A stretch of DNA of 64,000 nt from Mobula hypostoma (lineage: Eukaryota), in contig NC_086108.1 of assembly GCF_963921235.1 (NCBI RefSeq), positions 86,864,001-86,928,000 of the forward strand, written 5' to 3'. Every line of letters starts with the position of its first letter. Position 1 is the first letter of the stretch. This document shows positions 63,944-64,000 of this stretch, piece after piece. The notes beneath the pieces were generated by a model. It ran no database searches and was not told where the DNA came from. It worked only from the letters and a program-made list of their open reading frames with translations. A program made the translations under genes and the position numbers.

Positions 63944-64000
63944 TCAAAGAGATTCAAGATTCAAAAAACTTTATTGTCACTCTAACCATACATCAGCTGT
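63944..64000 (-). mobile_element. LINE 3' tail (Rex1-like) running off the window
   Basis: GATTCAAGATTCAAAAAACTTTATTGTC. Confidence 0.55.

Noticed and set aside
1..64000. CRISPR array, prokaryotic RT system, rRNA or tRNA genes
   Set aside because: No regularly spaced repeats or operons; all RTs are LINE or LTR type; the only tRNA-like sequence is a SINE head.

Overview
This is a eukaryotic, vertebrate-type window made mostly of layered transposable elements. The mix of CR1 LINEs with (TTCTATGT)n tails, Rex1/Babar-like LINEs, an L1/Tx1-like LINE, RTE LINEs, Penelope-like elements, Gypsy LTR elements, Harbinger and Tc1-type DNA transposons and a Deu-type SINE suggests a cartilaginous fish, probably a ray (inference). 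No host protein-coding gene can be firmly supported; the long ORFs are retroelement fragments. Notable structure: (i) many Penelope-like 3' ends carry a minimal hammerhead ribozyme, copies often break or invert at it, and several have 10-13 bp TSDs; (ii) several locally templated junction insertions, including an exact 152-bp copy of a neighbouring flank/LINE junction; (iii) two young CR1 copies forming a ~1.1-kb inverted repeat; (iv) deep nesting that orders insertions in time; (v) non-autonomous LINE derivatives. All calls are by eye, and boundaries are approximate unless a TSD is given.
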